From an uncultured candidate division Zixibacteria bacterium (GTDB taxonomy: Bacteria; Zixibacteria; MSB-5A5; UBA10806; 4484-95), in NCBI GenBank assembly GCA_963668625.2, contig CAXXKA010000005.1:160001-224000 (forward strand): a stretch of 64,000 bases of DNA, in the 5' to 3' direction. Under the pieces are notes generated by a model, which saw only the letters and a list, made by a program, of their open reading frames with translations, was not told the DNA's origin and made no database searches. Shown here one piece after another: positions 21,692 through 30,856 of the stretch; position 1 is the stretch's first letter; every line of letters begins with the position of its first letter. The position numbers and the translations under genes were made by a program.

Positions 21692-22198
21692 ATGATTTAC
21701 AATGTCAAGGTTGATGATAAAGATTATAAGCTTGAGATTGTCGAGGGACAAAAGTCACTCGAGGTTCGCCTTAACGGCCGGACGATAAAAATAGATAACG
21801 GTTCAATCGCGAAAGATCGTTTGAATCTGTTCTTTCAGGATAATAAACCATATGAGCTTCAGATTTCACGGAATGATAACGGTTATCATTGCTGGCTTAA
21901 TTCGAGGATGCTCAACTGCGAGGTCATCGATGAGAAAACCGCGCGTTTTTCCAGACTGATGGGCGAAGGCGCCGGCGCAAAAAAACGCAAAAGACTTAGA
22001 GCTCCCATGCCGGGCCTGGTAGTTCGTATCGAGGTCGAACCGGGGCAGGAGATAAAGAAGGGGGATGGCTTGATCGTGGTCGAGGCGATGAAAATGGAGA
22101 ACGAGCTGAAAGCTCCATATGCCGGCACGATAAAAGCCATAGAGATCAAGCAGGGGCAGGCAGTGGAGAAAAACCAGGTACTGCTCGAATTCGAATAA
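21692..22198 (+). CDS. Biotin carboxyl carrier protein
   Basis: APMPG and EAMKMEN biotinylation motif. Confidence 0.93.
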   Translation: MIYNVKVDDKDYKLEIVEGQKSLEVRLNGRTIKIDNGSIAKDRLNLFFQDNKPYELQISRNDNGYHCWLNSRMLNCEVIDEKTARFSRLMGEGAGAKKRKRLRAPMPGLVVRIEVEPGQEIKKGDGLIVVEAMKMENELKAPYAGTIKAIEIKQGQAVEKNQVLLEFE

Positions 22199-22411
22199 TC
22201 GCTCGGTTTTGGCAACACATTTTTATTTATCCCAATTAAAATAATTACGCTCGCATCAGGTTACTTATATTTTCAGTTAAAATAAACTTAAAATGGTATC
22301 GATACAATTAATCGAAATTTCCAAGATATCCATCCGTCAGAATGGAAGGAACGACATACTGACGCGCTAATATGTCAAAGTCCGGACACCGGTAAGTCGA
22401 GATATAAAAAC

Positions 22412-22440
22412 AAAAGCCGCCCCGAATGAGACGGCTTCTT
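22412..22440 (-). terminator. Probable intrinsic terminator
   Basis: AAGCCG/CGGCTT stem with an A-run on the left, just past the stop of the minus-strand gene. Confidence 0.5.
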
Positions 22441-22462
22441 GAAGCTGCGCTTAAGTTGAGAC

Positions 22463-24187
22463 TTACTTAAGCAAAGTGATTTTCACTGATTCCGATTTGA
22501 GATTGTCGGAAACCCTGACAAAATACATACCGCTCGGTGCCGAATTGCCATTGTCATTCTTGCCGTTCCAGACATATTTATTATCCGTCAGTTGATCACT
22601 CCTGATTAACCTGCCAAGAGTATCGTAAATTTTTATTTTGGCATCGGGAGAATCCAAGCCCTCGGCTGTAATGATAGTCGATGCGTTGAATGGATTCGGG
22701 TAGGCGCTTACCAGAAGGTATTCATCGGGAAGATTGGCTGGAGGATCATCGACAGATATCATGCTTTCGTTTATAGTAATCTGCTGCCCCGGCGTTACCC
22801 CGGTAGTATCATACGATCGCAGAGAGTTGAAAACTACCTCAATCCGTAACGATTCATAATCGCCGGTGCCGAAATGCATTATCGGATCATCGAAAGAATA
22901 AAGCGTGGTAACACTCCTGACCTCTCTCATACCAATATATTCCTCGCTCGGCGGATCGTTCTCGATACCATAGAGTTTGACTATTGCTCCCAGCGCCAGC
23001 GTGTTGGGATATATGCCCTGAAGTTTTATTTTCAGGTAGTTGCTATTTTCATTCTGATTGATATAGACCTGTGTCTCATCAAAATCGAAATTTACGGCGA
23101 CTATATCTAACTGGCCATCATTGTCTAAATCGGAGCTGGCACAACCACCGCCATTTAAATTATCAGCAATCCCGGCATCGTAGCTGATATCGGAGAAACG
23201 ACCATTGCCATCATTTAAAAATAATATGTTATAATCGAGAGCGCGATTAACGAATATATCGACATCCCCGTCATTATCGTAGTCGCCGGTAGTAACTCCC
23301 CGTGAGTATCCTTCAACGCCGGTATTGGAATAATTCGTTGCATTCACGAAATATCCCGGGCCATCATTAAACCACATGCTGTTGAAACCATAACCGTAGG
23401 TTATATAAATATCGAAATCGCCGTCACCGTCAAAATCCTCGATTGCAGCTCCCTGGCCAATGGGGAAACCACCCTCGTTGGTATTACTCGAAACATCCGT
23501 GAAACTAGAGTCGCCGTTATTTCGGTAAAGACGGCCGGAGTTATCGCTATGATTACCTCCGATGAAAACATCATCATCATAATCATTATCCATATCGAAA
23601 AACACCGGACTCAAAACGTTTTGAATGGTCTCGAATCCCGATCCATCCGTTATATCAAAAAACTCCTGACCGGTACGAACCATCATTCTGCCACCGCAAA
23701 GAAAGCCCAGTTCAGAATCGGGTAAAAACTGCATGAATGCTGATCCCATCTCCCGCACGGTATCGACATTGTAATTCTCCGCTACATCCAGGAAAGGCGG
23801 TTGACCCCGATTCAAATAGAGATGGCCGTGGTTACCGTAGGCCGGATCTCCTGAAACAAAAAAATCGGGAAGATTATCCTTGTCGATATCTGTCAGGGCT
23901 ATCTGGTGATGATAATTAGCTGGCGCAGCCAGTCCATACTCTTCGCCGAGTTCTTCGTATTGCGTTCCATTCCACATGTAAAGTCTGTCGTTGCCGATAT
24001 GAGTAGCTGTGATGATCTCGCTATAGCCGTCGTTATCTAAATCGACAATACCTACACCACAGGTAAAATCGTTATCGGTGATACCTAGCTCTGATGCCAT
24101 CTCATTGAAAGTAACCTGCGAATAACTCGCGACCGACGCCATAGCCATAATTATAAATGTTAGATAAACTCTAATATTCGAACACAT
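22463..24187 (-). CDS. Secreted FG-GAP/ASPIC-UnbV (CRTAC1-like) protein with C-terminal sorting domain
   Basis: Signal peptide; repeated DxDxDGD; NTLALGA...HFG ASPIC motif; YPNPFN...SGMYF...KITLLK tail. Confidence 0.85.
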   Translation of the reverse strand: MCSNIRVYLTFIIMAMASVASYSQVTFNEMASELGITDNDFTCGVGIVDLDNDGYSEIITATHIGNDRLYMWNGTQYEELGEEYGLAAPANYHHQIALTDIDKDNLPDFFVSGDPAYGNHGHLYLNRGQPPFLDVAENYNVDTVREMGSAFMQFLPDSELGFLCGGRMMVRTGQEFFDITDGSGFETIQNVLSPVFFDMDNDYDDDVFIGGNHSDNSGRLYRNNGDSSFTDVSSNTNEGGFPIGQGAAIEDFDGDGDFDIYITYGYGFNSMWFNDGPGYFVNATNYSNTGVEGYSRGVTTGDYDNDGDVDIFVNRALDYNILFLNDGNGRFSDISYDAGIADNLNGGGCASSDLDNDGQLDIVAVNFDFDETQVYINQNENSNYLKIKLQGIYPNTLALGAIVKLYGIENDPPSEEYIGMREVRSVTTLYSFDDPIMHFGTGDYESLRIEVVFNSLRSYDTTGVTPGQQITINESMISVDDPPANLPDEYLLVSAYPNPFNASTIITAEGLDSPDAKIKIYDTLGRLIRSDQLTDNKYVWNGKNDNGNSAPSGMYFVRVSDNLKSESVKITLLK

Positions 24188-24242
24188 ATAACACCTCCTT
24201 ACTTATTTTATATTAAATATCACCACTGTCCGGTCTTTCCAT

Positions 24243-24301
24243 CTCGTTGCGAGGCGCTGCTTGGCAACGTGGCTTGTTTGCCGGCAGCGCTTGGAAACCA
24301 G
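24243..24301. repeat. CGTT-type REP doublet (REPIN-like)
   Basis: CTCGTTGCGAGGCGCTGCTTGGCAACG followed by an inverted, diverged copy GTTTGCCGGCAGCGCTTGGAAACCAG. Confidence 0.55.
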
Positions 24302-24627
24302 GATACTAAGGCTAACATCGATAGGACATGTCAGGATGCATGATGCGCTGAATAAATGATTATATCGGAAAATATCTTTCATTAATAATTCCAAGGAGAA
24401 ATTTAAAATTTACCGAAAAACACCGGACACCAGTGATTATGTATGATTAAAAATAAAAAATATAAACTACTTTGTCAAGCTCATAATATTATATAAAGTC
24501 CATTAATAATATTTTAATTATTTAAAAGCATTATTATACTATATTTAAGCTTTATTTAATCATTTTCTGTGTTATATTAGTTAATAATTACAACAAGTTT
24601 TTAGGATAATTTCAGTGAGGGAAATAA

Positions 24628-25035
24628 ATGAAAGTATTAGGTATTGATCACATCGGAGTGGCGGTAAAAAGTATTGAATCCGCTATGAATTTCTACAGTC
24701 AGGCTTTAAACATGGAACTTTCAGGCGGCGAGGAAATTCCGGAACGCTTTTTGAAAGTAGGTTTCTTAGAAACCGGCAACGCCCGGATCGAATTGGTCGA
24801 GGCTACCTCGGATGAGGCGGCCACGGCAAAATACATAGAAAAACGAGGCGAGGGCATTCATCACATTTGCATCCGTGTGGATGACATAGAGGCCGCGCTT
24901 AAACAGATGAAAGACAAGGGATTCAAAGCCATCGACAATGAACCCAAACCAGGCGCTGAGGGAGCGAAAGTAGCCTTTCTGCACCCTAAATCAGCCAATG
25001 GTGTGCTTATAGAATTAAAAGAAATACCCGAATAG
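24628..25035 (+). CDS. mce: Methylmalonyl-CoA epimerase
   Basis: IDHIGVAV, IELVE, GEGIHHIC and FLHPKSANGVLIEL motifs. Confidence 0.93.
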   Translation: MKVLGIDHIGVAVKSIESAMNFYSQALNMELSGGEEIPERFLKVGFLETGNARIELVEATSDEAATAKYIEKRGEGIHHICIRVDDIEAALKQMKDKGFKAIDNEPKPGAEGAKVAFLHPKSANGVLIELKEIPE

Positions 25036-25046
25036 GGAGGATTCCG

Positions 25047-26546
25047 ATGAAAAAAGCGATAATAATTTGCACTATTGTTATAGCTATGTTCATAACCGCC
25101 TCAGCGCAATTGAATCTTTTTACAGGTTCATCCTCAGCTGTTGTGGTGGGCGACTCAACAATCTTTAACGTGGATTTCTTTGACCCACTAGGTATACCAT
25201 CATACAGTGTAAAAGTGAATTATAAAGGTGAGACCGATCAGGAATACACCACCGCCGATATGGAGTTGATGCTGGAATTCCCGTATTATGCCACAACTTT
25301 CGAGCATGGCGTATTGTTCGATCAATCACCTGGCTTGTTGAATTTCTATTACAGCGCCGGCACCGATTCATTGGTGGCTACGCAGTCTCCGATGAACACG
25401 GATGATGTCTTCCCACCGCCAACATCAATGTACGCGCCGTTCGGGCGGGATGGCGCGGGAGATGCGCAAGACCCAATAGGGGATTGGCTCGACCTGACAG
25501 GCAGCGGCATGTGCTATTCCGAGGACAGAGTGTATGCTCGTATGGAAAATGTGACGGGCACCTGGCCAACCAGTCAGGGTTTGAATGGTTTCATCTATGG
25601 CGTGGGATTTATCCCTTATAACGTACAGGATACGGTTATCTGGGCGATGGTTTACGCTAATATACCATTCGTAATCTCACCCGGGCTTTACAAGCTGGAA
25701 TTAGCTGATACCTCGTTTAGCCGTCTGGGCGATATCGATTACGAGGTTGGCTCCGATGGCAACCTTCACATGGCCTGTGATATAGCTGATTTCGAAAACG
25801 ATGATGACTGGCCGGGTTGGCCCGCCGATGAGGGATTCTTGCTTTCATCATCGATTACCCTGACAATCGGTTTAACCAGTCAGGCGATAAATGATTTCAC
25901 GTTCCCCTCGGTTTATGAACCGCGAACTAACTACGTTGATTATGATAACAACCACGCGCCCGAGATTACAGACTACAGCTTAGTGGAAACACCCGGCGTG
26001 ATGTTGTCCTTCGATGCATCCTATCTTGATATAGATAACAACCAGCCGATTGCCCGTATGCTTTTATTCGATTGGGGTTATTACGAGATGGGCAGCTTCG
26101 ATCATATCTATGATGACACCTCCGAGTTTATCACCATTATCGAATGGCCTGTCGATGGCTGGCATTATTACTATTTCCAGTTCGGGGATGGCGATGAGAT
26201 GGCAACCACCGATATGGATTCGATTTATATATCAACTATAGATATCGATGAGCAGGCAAATCTTCCGGCCGCGGTAGAGCTTCACCAGAACTACCCCAAT
26301 CCGTTTAACGCCGAGACTCAAATAAGCTATAGCCTCGAAAATCCCTCCCATGTAAATCTCATAATTTACGACATTCTCGGAAAACCCGTTGTGGAACTTG
26401 TTAACGATTATGCTAATGTAGGGACGCACTCGGTTATCTGGAACGGCATGAATTCGAATGGCCGCCAGGTTTCCTCGGGGTTGTATTTCTATCAGCTTAT
26501 CGTGGATGACCAGAGTTCAGTCCGCAAGATGAATTTGATAAAGTAA
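25047..26546 (+). CDS. Secreted acidic protein with C-terminal sorting (T9SS-A/FlgD-like) domain
   Basis: Signal peptide; QNYPNPFN...IYDILG...WNG...SSGLYFY...KMNLIK tail. Confidence 0.8.
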   Translation: MKKAIIICTIVIAMFITASAQLNLFTGSSSAVVVGDSTIFNVDFFDPLGIPSYSVKVNYKGETDQEYTTADMELMLEFPYYATTFEHGVLFDQSPGLLNFYYSAGTDSLVATQSPMNTDDVFPPPTSMYAPFGRDGAGDAQDPIGDWLDLTGSGMCYSEDRVYARMENVTGTWPTSQGLNGFIYGVGFIPYNVQDTVIWAMVYANIPFVISPGLYKLELADTSFSRLGDIDYEVGSDGNLHMACDIADFENDDDWPGWPADEGFLLSSSITLTIGLTSQAINDFTFPSVYEPRTNYVDYDNNHAPEITDYSLVETPGVMLSFDASYLDIDNNQPIARMLLFDWGYYEMGSFDHIYDDTSEFITIIEWPVDGWHYYYFQFGDGDEMATTDMDSIYISTIDIDEQANLPAAVELHQNYPNPFNAETQISYSLENPSHVNLIIYDILGKPVVELVNDYANVGTHSVIWNGMNSNGRQVSSGLYFYQLIVDDQSSVRKMNLIK

Positions 26547-26585
26547 AAAGCGTGTCAATGCCCGGAGTCGAAGACGACGGGAGCA

Positions 26586-26612
26586 GTAGGTCAAGCCCAC
26601 TCGGGGCTTGCC
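26586..26612. repeat. GTAG-type REP palindrome
   Basis: GTAG foot followed by GTCAAGCCC-ACTC-GGGGCTTGCC hairpin; shares the GTAGGTCAA start with the element at 43325. Confidence 0.5.
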
Positions 26613-28668
26613 TGCCCAACTGCGGACTAACCCGCGCTAGCAACGGCAGAGATGCACAAATCGGCTGTCATTGTTGTAATAACGGGAATCTATAATAAAC
26701 CCAATAAATGGGGAAGGTATCATGATCAAATATCTAACATCATTTATACTCATCTTAAGCATTGCTGTATGCTTCTCCCAGAACTGGTACTGGGAGCGCA
26801 ACGATGAGCTTCTAAATCCGTATAACATCCATACAACCGGCACGAACACGCCGTTCACCGGCGATTTCGATGATGACGGCGACTACGACATGATAGTAGG
26901 CTGCAAAGGCGGGGTTCTTCAATATTACGAGAATATAGGTAATGCCGATTCCGCGATCTGGCGTATGGATGAGGATTATTTCGATGGTATCACAATCGAC
27001 ACATCCTTAGCTCCGCAGCCCTCTCTGGTTGATCTGGATGGCGATGGAGTGGATGAGTTGTATTTGACATTTAGTGATAATGTTTTCTATTGGCCTGAAT
27101 TAGGACTAAAGCAATATTTAAATATTGGTAATCAAGAAGATCCAGATTGGGTAGAAGGTGATTTTAACATCGAGGAATTAGAATATTTCAATTACCGTCA
27201 CGAATTTATTGATTTTGATTTGGATGGAGATTTAGATTTACTTCTAAACACTATGGAAGAGGGTGGTATATACTATACAAATATCGGGAATAACGAGGAA
27301 AACTCATTCCAGCAAAATGATAGTATCTTCAATACTCTGTACTACAGCGGAATAGGTGAATATATTTCTTATTATTTTGCTGATGTTTGCGGTGATTCTA
27401 AGTACGAGCTATTTATTATTTTGGGCCTGTTCGATATAGACGGGATGAGGGTATCTTTGTTCGAAAATACTGGTACAACAGGTTCGCCGATTTGGCAAGA
27501 GATTGACATCAATTTCGAGGCAAGTTATGGTTTGAATTTTACTTTTGCTGACTTGGATAATGACTCTGATAAGGATATGATTTTTGGGCACAGATATGTA
27601 CCATTATATTTCAACGAAAACATTGGTAACCCTGACACTTTGGTACTAGCGTCAGAAGGAGATGCAAGATGGTTAGGCTCGTTAAATCTTAATATGGCCG
27701 ACAATTTCGTTTTCGTCGATTATGATGCTGATCAAGATAATGATCTAATCTACTTTGAGTATTGGCAGAGTATTTGGGATGACTACCCTAATTATGGTAC
27801 TGCTACTAATGAAGGGACTATTTTTCAACCTGTATTAAATAATTTAGACATATTTATGAATGGGGAGTTTTTATACTATTTCAGTTTCCATTTTTCGCCT
27901 GGCGATATTAATGGCGATGGTTATCCCGAGTTAGCCTCAAGTTATCCCGCATTCGGATATTATAAAAACCAACCCGATACAGGTTATAACATCCAGGAAG
28001 CTTACTCCTTCAACATTGAAGATTTGGGGTATAGAAGATTTCCTGAAATGGCAGATTTTAATAATGATGGTCTTACAGATATCATCTACAGAAATGACTC
28101 TTTGCGATGGTTAGCTTACCAGAATATTGGCACATCTACAGAATTTAACTTTGTACAAAACGCAGTCTGGCTTGATGATATAGATTTTCCTATTAAGAAA
28201 TTCCGTGCGGCATACCTTAATTTCGATAACAAGATAGACCTTATTGGAACCAACGAAGATAATCATCTTTGTGGATTTATAAATACCGGAAACGGTGAGG
28301 ATGTTTCGTTTATATATATTCCTGGTATTTTTGATAGTGTGCAAAATCTAAGCATCTATTATTTTGATTGCGTTGATATTGATGGTGACTTTGATGATGA
28401 TGTGATGTTTGAGGAAAACGATTATATCACTGTGCTCGAAAACAAAACCACCACCGGCATTGATGACGACACCCAGCCATTGCCAGAGCAGTTCAAGCTC
28501 ACGCAGAACTACCCCAATCCGTTCAACAACTCCACCACCATATCATTCGCTCTAGATAAGCAATGCGAGGTGGAGCTGACTCTTTACGATATCTGAGGTT
28601 TCCCCCAAAAACTGGACAATTGTTTAAGGTGGTATTAAATTAGTAGAAATGTCCAGAAAGGGTAATTG

Positions 28669-28953
28669 ATGAAGCGAAGTCGATACAGCGGGGAGCTTAA
28701 AGCAAAAGTAGCCATAGAGGCCATTCGCGGTCAGAAGACCGTTAATCAGATAGCCTCGGAATACGAAGTACACCCTAATCAGGTTGGTATGTGGAAGAAG
28801 CAGGCTTTACAGTCTCTCCCGGAAGCCTTTTCTAACGGCAAGGCCAAGTTGCGGGAGGATGAGCAAGCCAGGATGGATGCTCTCTATCAGGAGATTGGTA
28901 AGCTTCAGGTGGAGTTGGCATTTCTAAAAAAAAGGAGCGGGCGTCTCGCCTGA
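28669..28953 (+). CDS. IS3 transposase OrfA
   Basis: KAKVAIEAI, YEVHPNQV..WK and LYQEIGKLQVELAFLKK motifs. Confidence 0.92.
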   Translation: MKRSRYSGELKAKVAIEAIRGQKTVNQIASEYEVHPNQVGMWKKQALQSLPEAFSNGKAKLREDEQARMDALYQEIGKLQVELAFLKKRSGRLA

Positions 28954-28957
28954 GGAT

Positions 28958-29836
28958 TTGAGGAATCTGGTGGAACGATCAAACCCGGACATTTCAATTA
29001 GCCGTCAGTGCCAGCTTTTGGGGCTTCCCCGTTCAAGCTACTACTACCGGCCTACTGGGGAAAGCGATTTGAACCTGACACTTATGCGTCTGCTTGACGA
29101 TCAATATACCAGGACCCCGTTTTACGGCAGTCCTAAGATGACACTCTGTCTAAAGTCTCAGGGATATGATATAAATCACAAGCGGGTTGAACGTCTGATG
29201 AGGATTATGGGTCTTCAAGCTGTTTACCCTAAACCAAATACGAGCAAGCCTTGTCCGTCTAACAAGATATATCCGTATCTTTTACGCGATGTCCTGATTG
29301 ATCATGTTGACCAGGTCTGGAGCGCCGATATCACGTATATTCGTCTTAGCCGGGGCTTTCTCTATCTGGCGGCAGTGATTGATTGGTTCTCGCGTTACGT
29401 TCTTGCCTGGCGTTTGTCCAATACTCTTGAGAGCTCTTTCTGCGTGGAGGCATTGGAGGAATCGTTGGATGGCAAACAGCCGGAGATATTCAACAGCGAT
29501 CAGGGAACACAGTTTACCGACAAGGATTTCACCGGTGTACTGCAAGACAAGCGGATCGCTATCAGCATGGACGGTCGCGGTCGGTATCTTGACAATATTT
29601 TTGTCGAGCGTCTGTGGAGATCGGTCAAGTACGAGGAGGTTTATCTTCACGATTACCAGACGCCGGCGGAGGCTTACCTCGGTTTGAAGAGGTATTTCGA
29701 ATTCTACAACACCGAACGTTTCCATCAGGCCTTAAACGGCAAGACGCCTTATGAGGTTTATAATTTAAATTCAAAAAAGGAATCGATTAAACAGAAAAAT
29801 AATGGACTAATACTTAGAAATTCCACCTTATTTTAG
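28958..29836 (+). CDS. IS3 transposase OrfB (DDE integrase core)
   Basis: WSADITYI, NSDQGTQF and DNIFVERLWRSVKYE motifs. Confidence 0.95.
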   Translation: MRNLVERSNPDISISRQCQLLGLPRSSYYYRPTGESDLNLTLMRLLDDQYTRTPFYGSPKMTLCLKSQGYDINHKRVERLMRIMGLQAVYPKPNTSKPCPSNKIYPYLLRDVLIDHVDQVWSADITYIRLSRGFLYLAAVIDWFSRYVLAWRLSNTLESSFCVEALEESLDGKQPEIFNSDQGTQFTDKDFTGVLQDKRIAISMDGRGRYLDNIFVERLWRSVKYEEVYLHDYQTPAEAYLGLKRYFEFYNTERFHQALNGKTPYEVYNLNSKKESIKQKNNGLILRNSTLF

Positions 29837-30054
29837 CTAAATTACTGTCCAAACAATGGGGGGAAGCTAAATCTTAGGCCGCAAGCTGCAGACACTGATT
29901 GAATCATCACTACCTGCAGGCAACCACACAGTTAACTGGACTGTTGATAACGATCAAGCCTCCGGTATATATTTCTATCGATTGAGTACGGGGGAGGAGA
30001 GTTACACTAAGCAGATGGTTTATATGAAATAAGCCATTATATTCAACATTACAT

Positions 30055-30210
30055 GTCATTCCTGCGAAAGGGATTGTTGAAATAGTCTTTTCAAGCGTCG
30101 CTGATAATCCTTTTCGGCGACAACCCGCATGGAATCAGGTGTCAGGAAAGGATTCCTAACACCTCAGGCATAAAAGAAGGACTTTTTCAACAATCCCGAA
30201 AGCGAGAATA
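30055..30210. repeat. GTCATTCC-type REP palindrome interrupted by a MITE
   Basis: Removing 30070-30197 and one GAAA copy restores the hairpin GTCATTCCTGC-GAAA-GCGAGAAT. Confidence 0.6.
30070..30197. mobile_element. 128-bp non-autonomous MITE-like element, copy 1
   Basis: 13-bp perfect TIR GGGATTGTTGAAA/TTTCAACAATCCC; flanking 4-bp direct repeat GAAA; inverted homolog at 42935. Confidence 0.75.
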
Positions 30211-30295
30211 TATCCCTTTTCCTCAATGCCAACAATAGTTTGCATAAGTAACCCGACTGCTCTATCTACAATTCCCCGCAAGTCAAAATAAATCC

Positions 30296-30324
30296 TTGCA
30301 TTTTGATAGTTATCAACATATATT
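30296..30324 (+). promoter_or_regulatory. Sigma70-like promoter of the rimP operon containing a TTGAT-N4-ATCAA palindrome
   Basis: TTGCAT, 17-nt spacer, TATATT; TTGATAGTTATCAA at 30303-30316. Confidence 0.55.
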
Positions 30325-30333
30325 CTCACGTTC

Positions 30334-30367
30334 GGGAGTGGGTTGACAAAGCCCACTCTTTCTTTTA
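30334..30367 (+). promoter_or_regulatory. rimP leader attenuator hairpin
   Basis: GAGTGGG...CCCACTC stem plus U-rich tail directly upstream of rimP, matching the described rimP leader. Confidence 0.75.
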
Positions 30368-30390
30368 GTGGCAAGGGGGCTGGAATAAGT

Positions 30391-30837
30391 ATGGATAAAA
30401 TTGACAAGATTAAGGAGCGATTCGAGACAATAACCACTGAACAAGGCTGCGAATTAGCGGAACTTAACGGCACACGGCTTGGCGGACATATGGTTATCAG
30501 AGCCTTTATCCATAAGCCCGGCGGCATTACACTGGATGATTGCACCAGGGTTGCCCGTGCTTGTTCAGATTTTCTTGATATTGAGAACCCGATTCAGGGA
30601 CAGTATCAACTGGAGGTCTCATCGCTGGGGTTGGATCGCCCCTTAGTTAAACCTGCAGATTTCAACCGTCGCGTTGGAGAGGAAATAAAGCTGGAATTCG
30701 ATCCTAAAAAAAGCCCTAAAAGAAGGGTTAGAGGAAAACTGGTTAAAACCGATGACAATGGTGTAACCTTAGAGATAGATGATGAAGAACAATATTTCGC
30801 TTATGACCAGATAGTCAGGGGGAAAATCCTTTATTAG
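30391..30837 (+). CDS. rimP: Ribosome maturation factor RimP
   Basis: GGITLDDC and LEVSSLGLDRPL motifs; ATG 30391 preferred because the upstream TTG lies inside the leader hairpin. Confidence 0.92.
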   Translation: MDKIDKIKERFETITTEQGCELAELNGTRLGGHMVIRAFIHKPGGITLDDCTRVARACSDFLDIENPIQGQYQLEVSSLGLDRPLVKPADFNRRVGEEIKLEFDPKKSPKRRVRGKLVKTDDNGVTLEIDDEEQYFAYDQIVRGKILY

Positions 30838-30856
30838 AAAATAACGGAGAGTAGCA

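Larger units (their letters stand above)
28594..29870 (+). mobile_element. IS3-family insertion sequence
   Basis: Imperfect terminal IRs (TGAGGTTTCCCCCAAAAACTGGACA vs reverse complement TTAGCTTCCCCCCATTGTTTGGACA); 3-bp target duplication ATC at 28591-93 and 29871-73; orfA plus orfB. Confidence 0.95.
26722..30032 (+). pseudogene. FG-GAP repeat secreted protein whose C-terminal sorting domain is split by IS3 (5' part 26722-28593, 3' part 29874-30032)
   Basis: The ORF reads ...NYPNPFN...LTLYDI and stops at the IS left end. After the IS the same reading resumes LGRKLQTLIESSLPAGNHTVNW...ASGIYFYRL...KQMVYMK*. Confidence 0.9.

Noticed and set aside
22382-24431. 9-bp CCGGACACC direct repeat flanking the inverted FG-GAP gene
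   Set aside because: Too short, with no terminal inverted repeats or transposase; compatible with chance.
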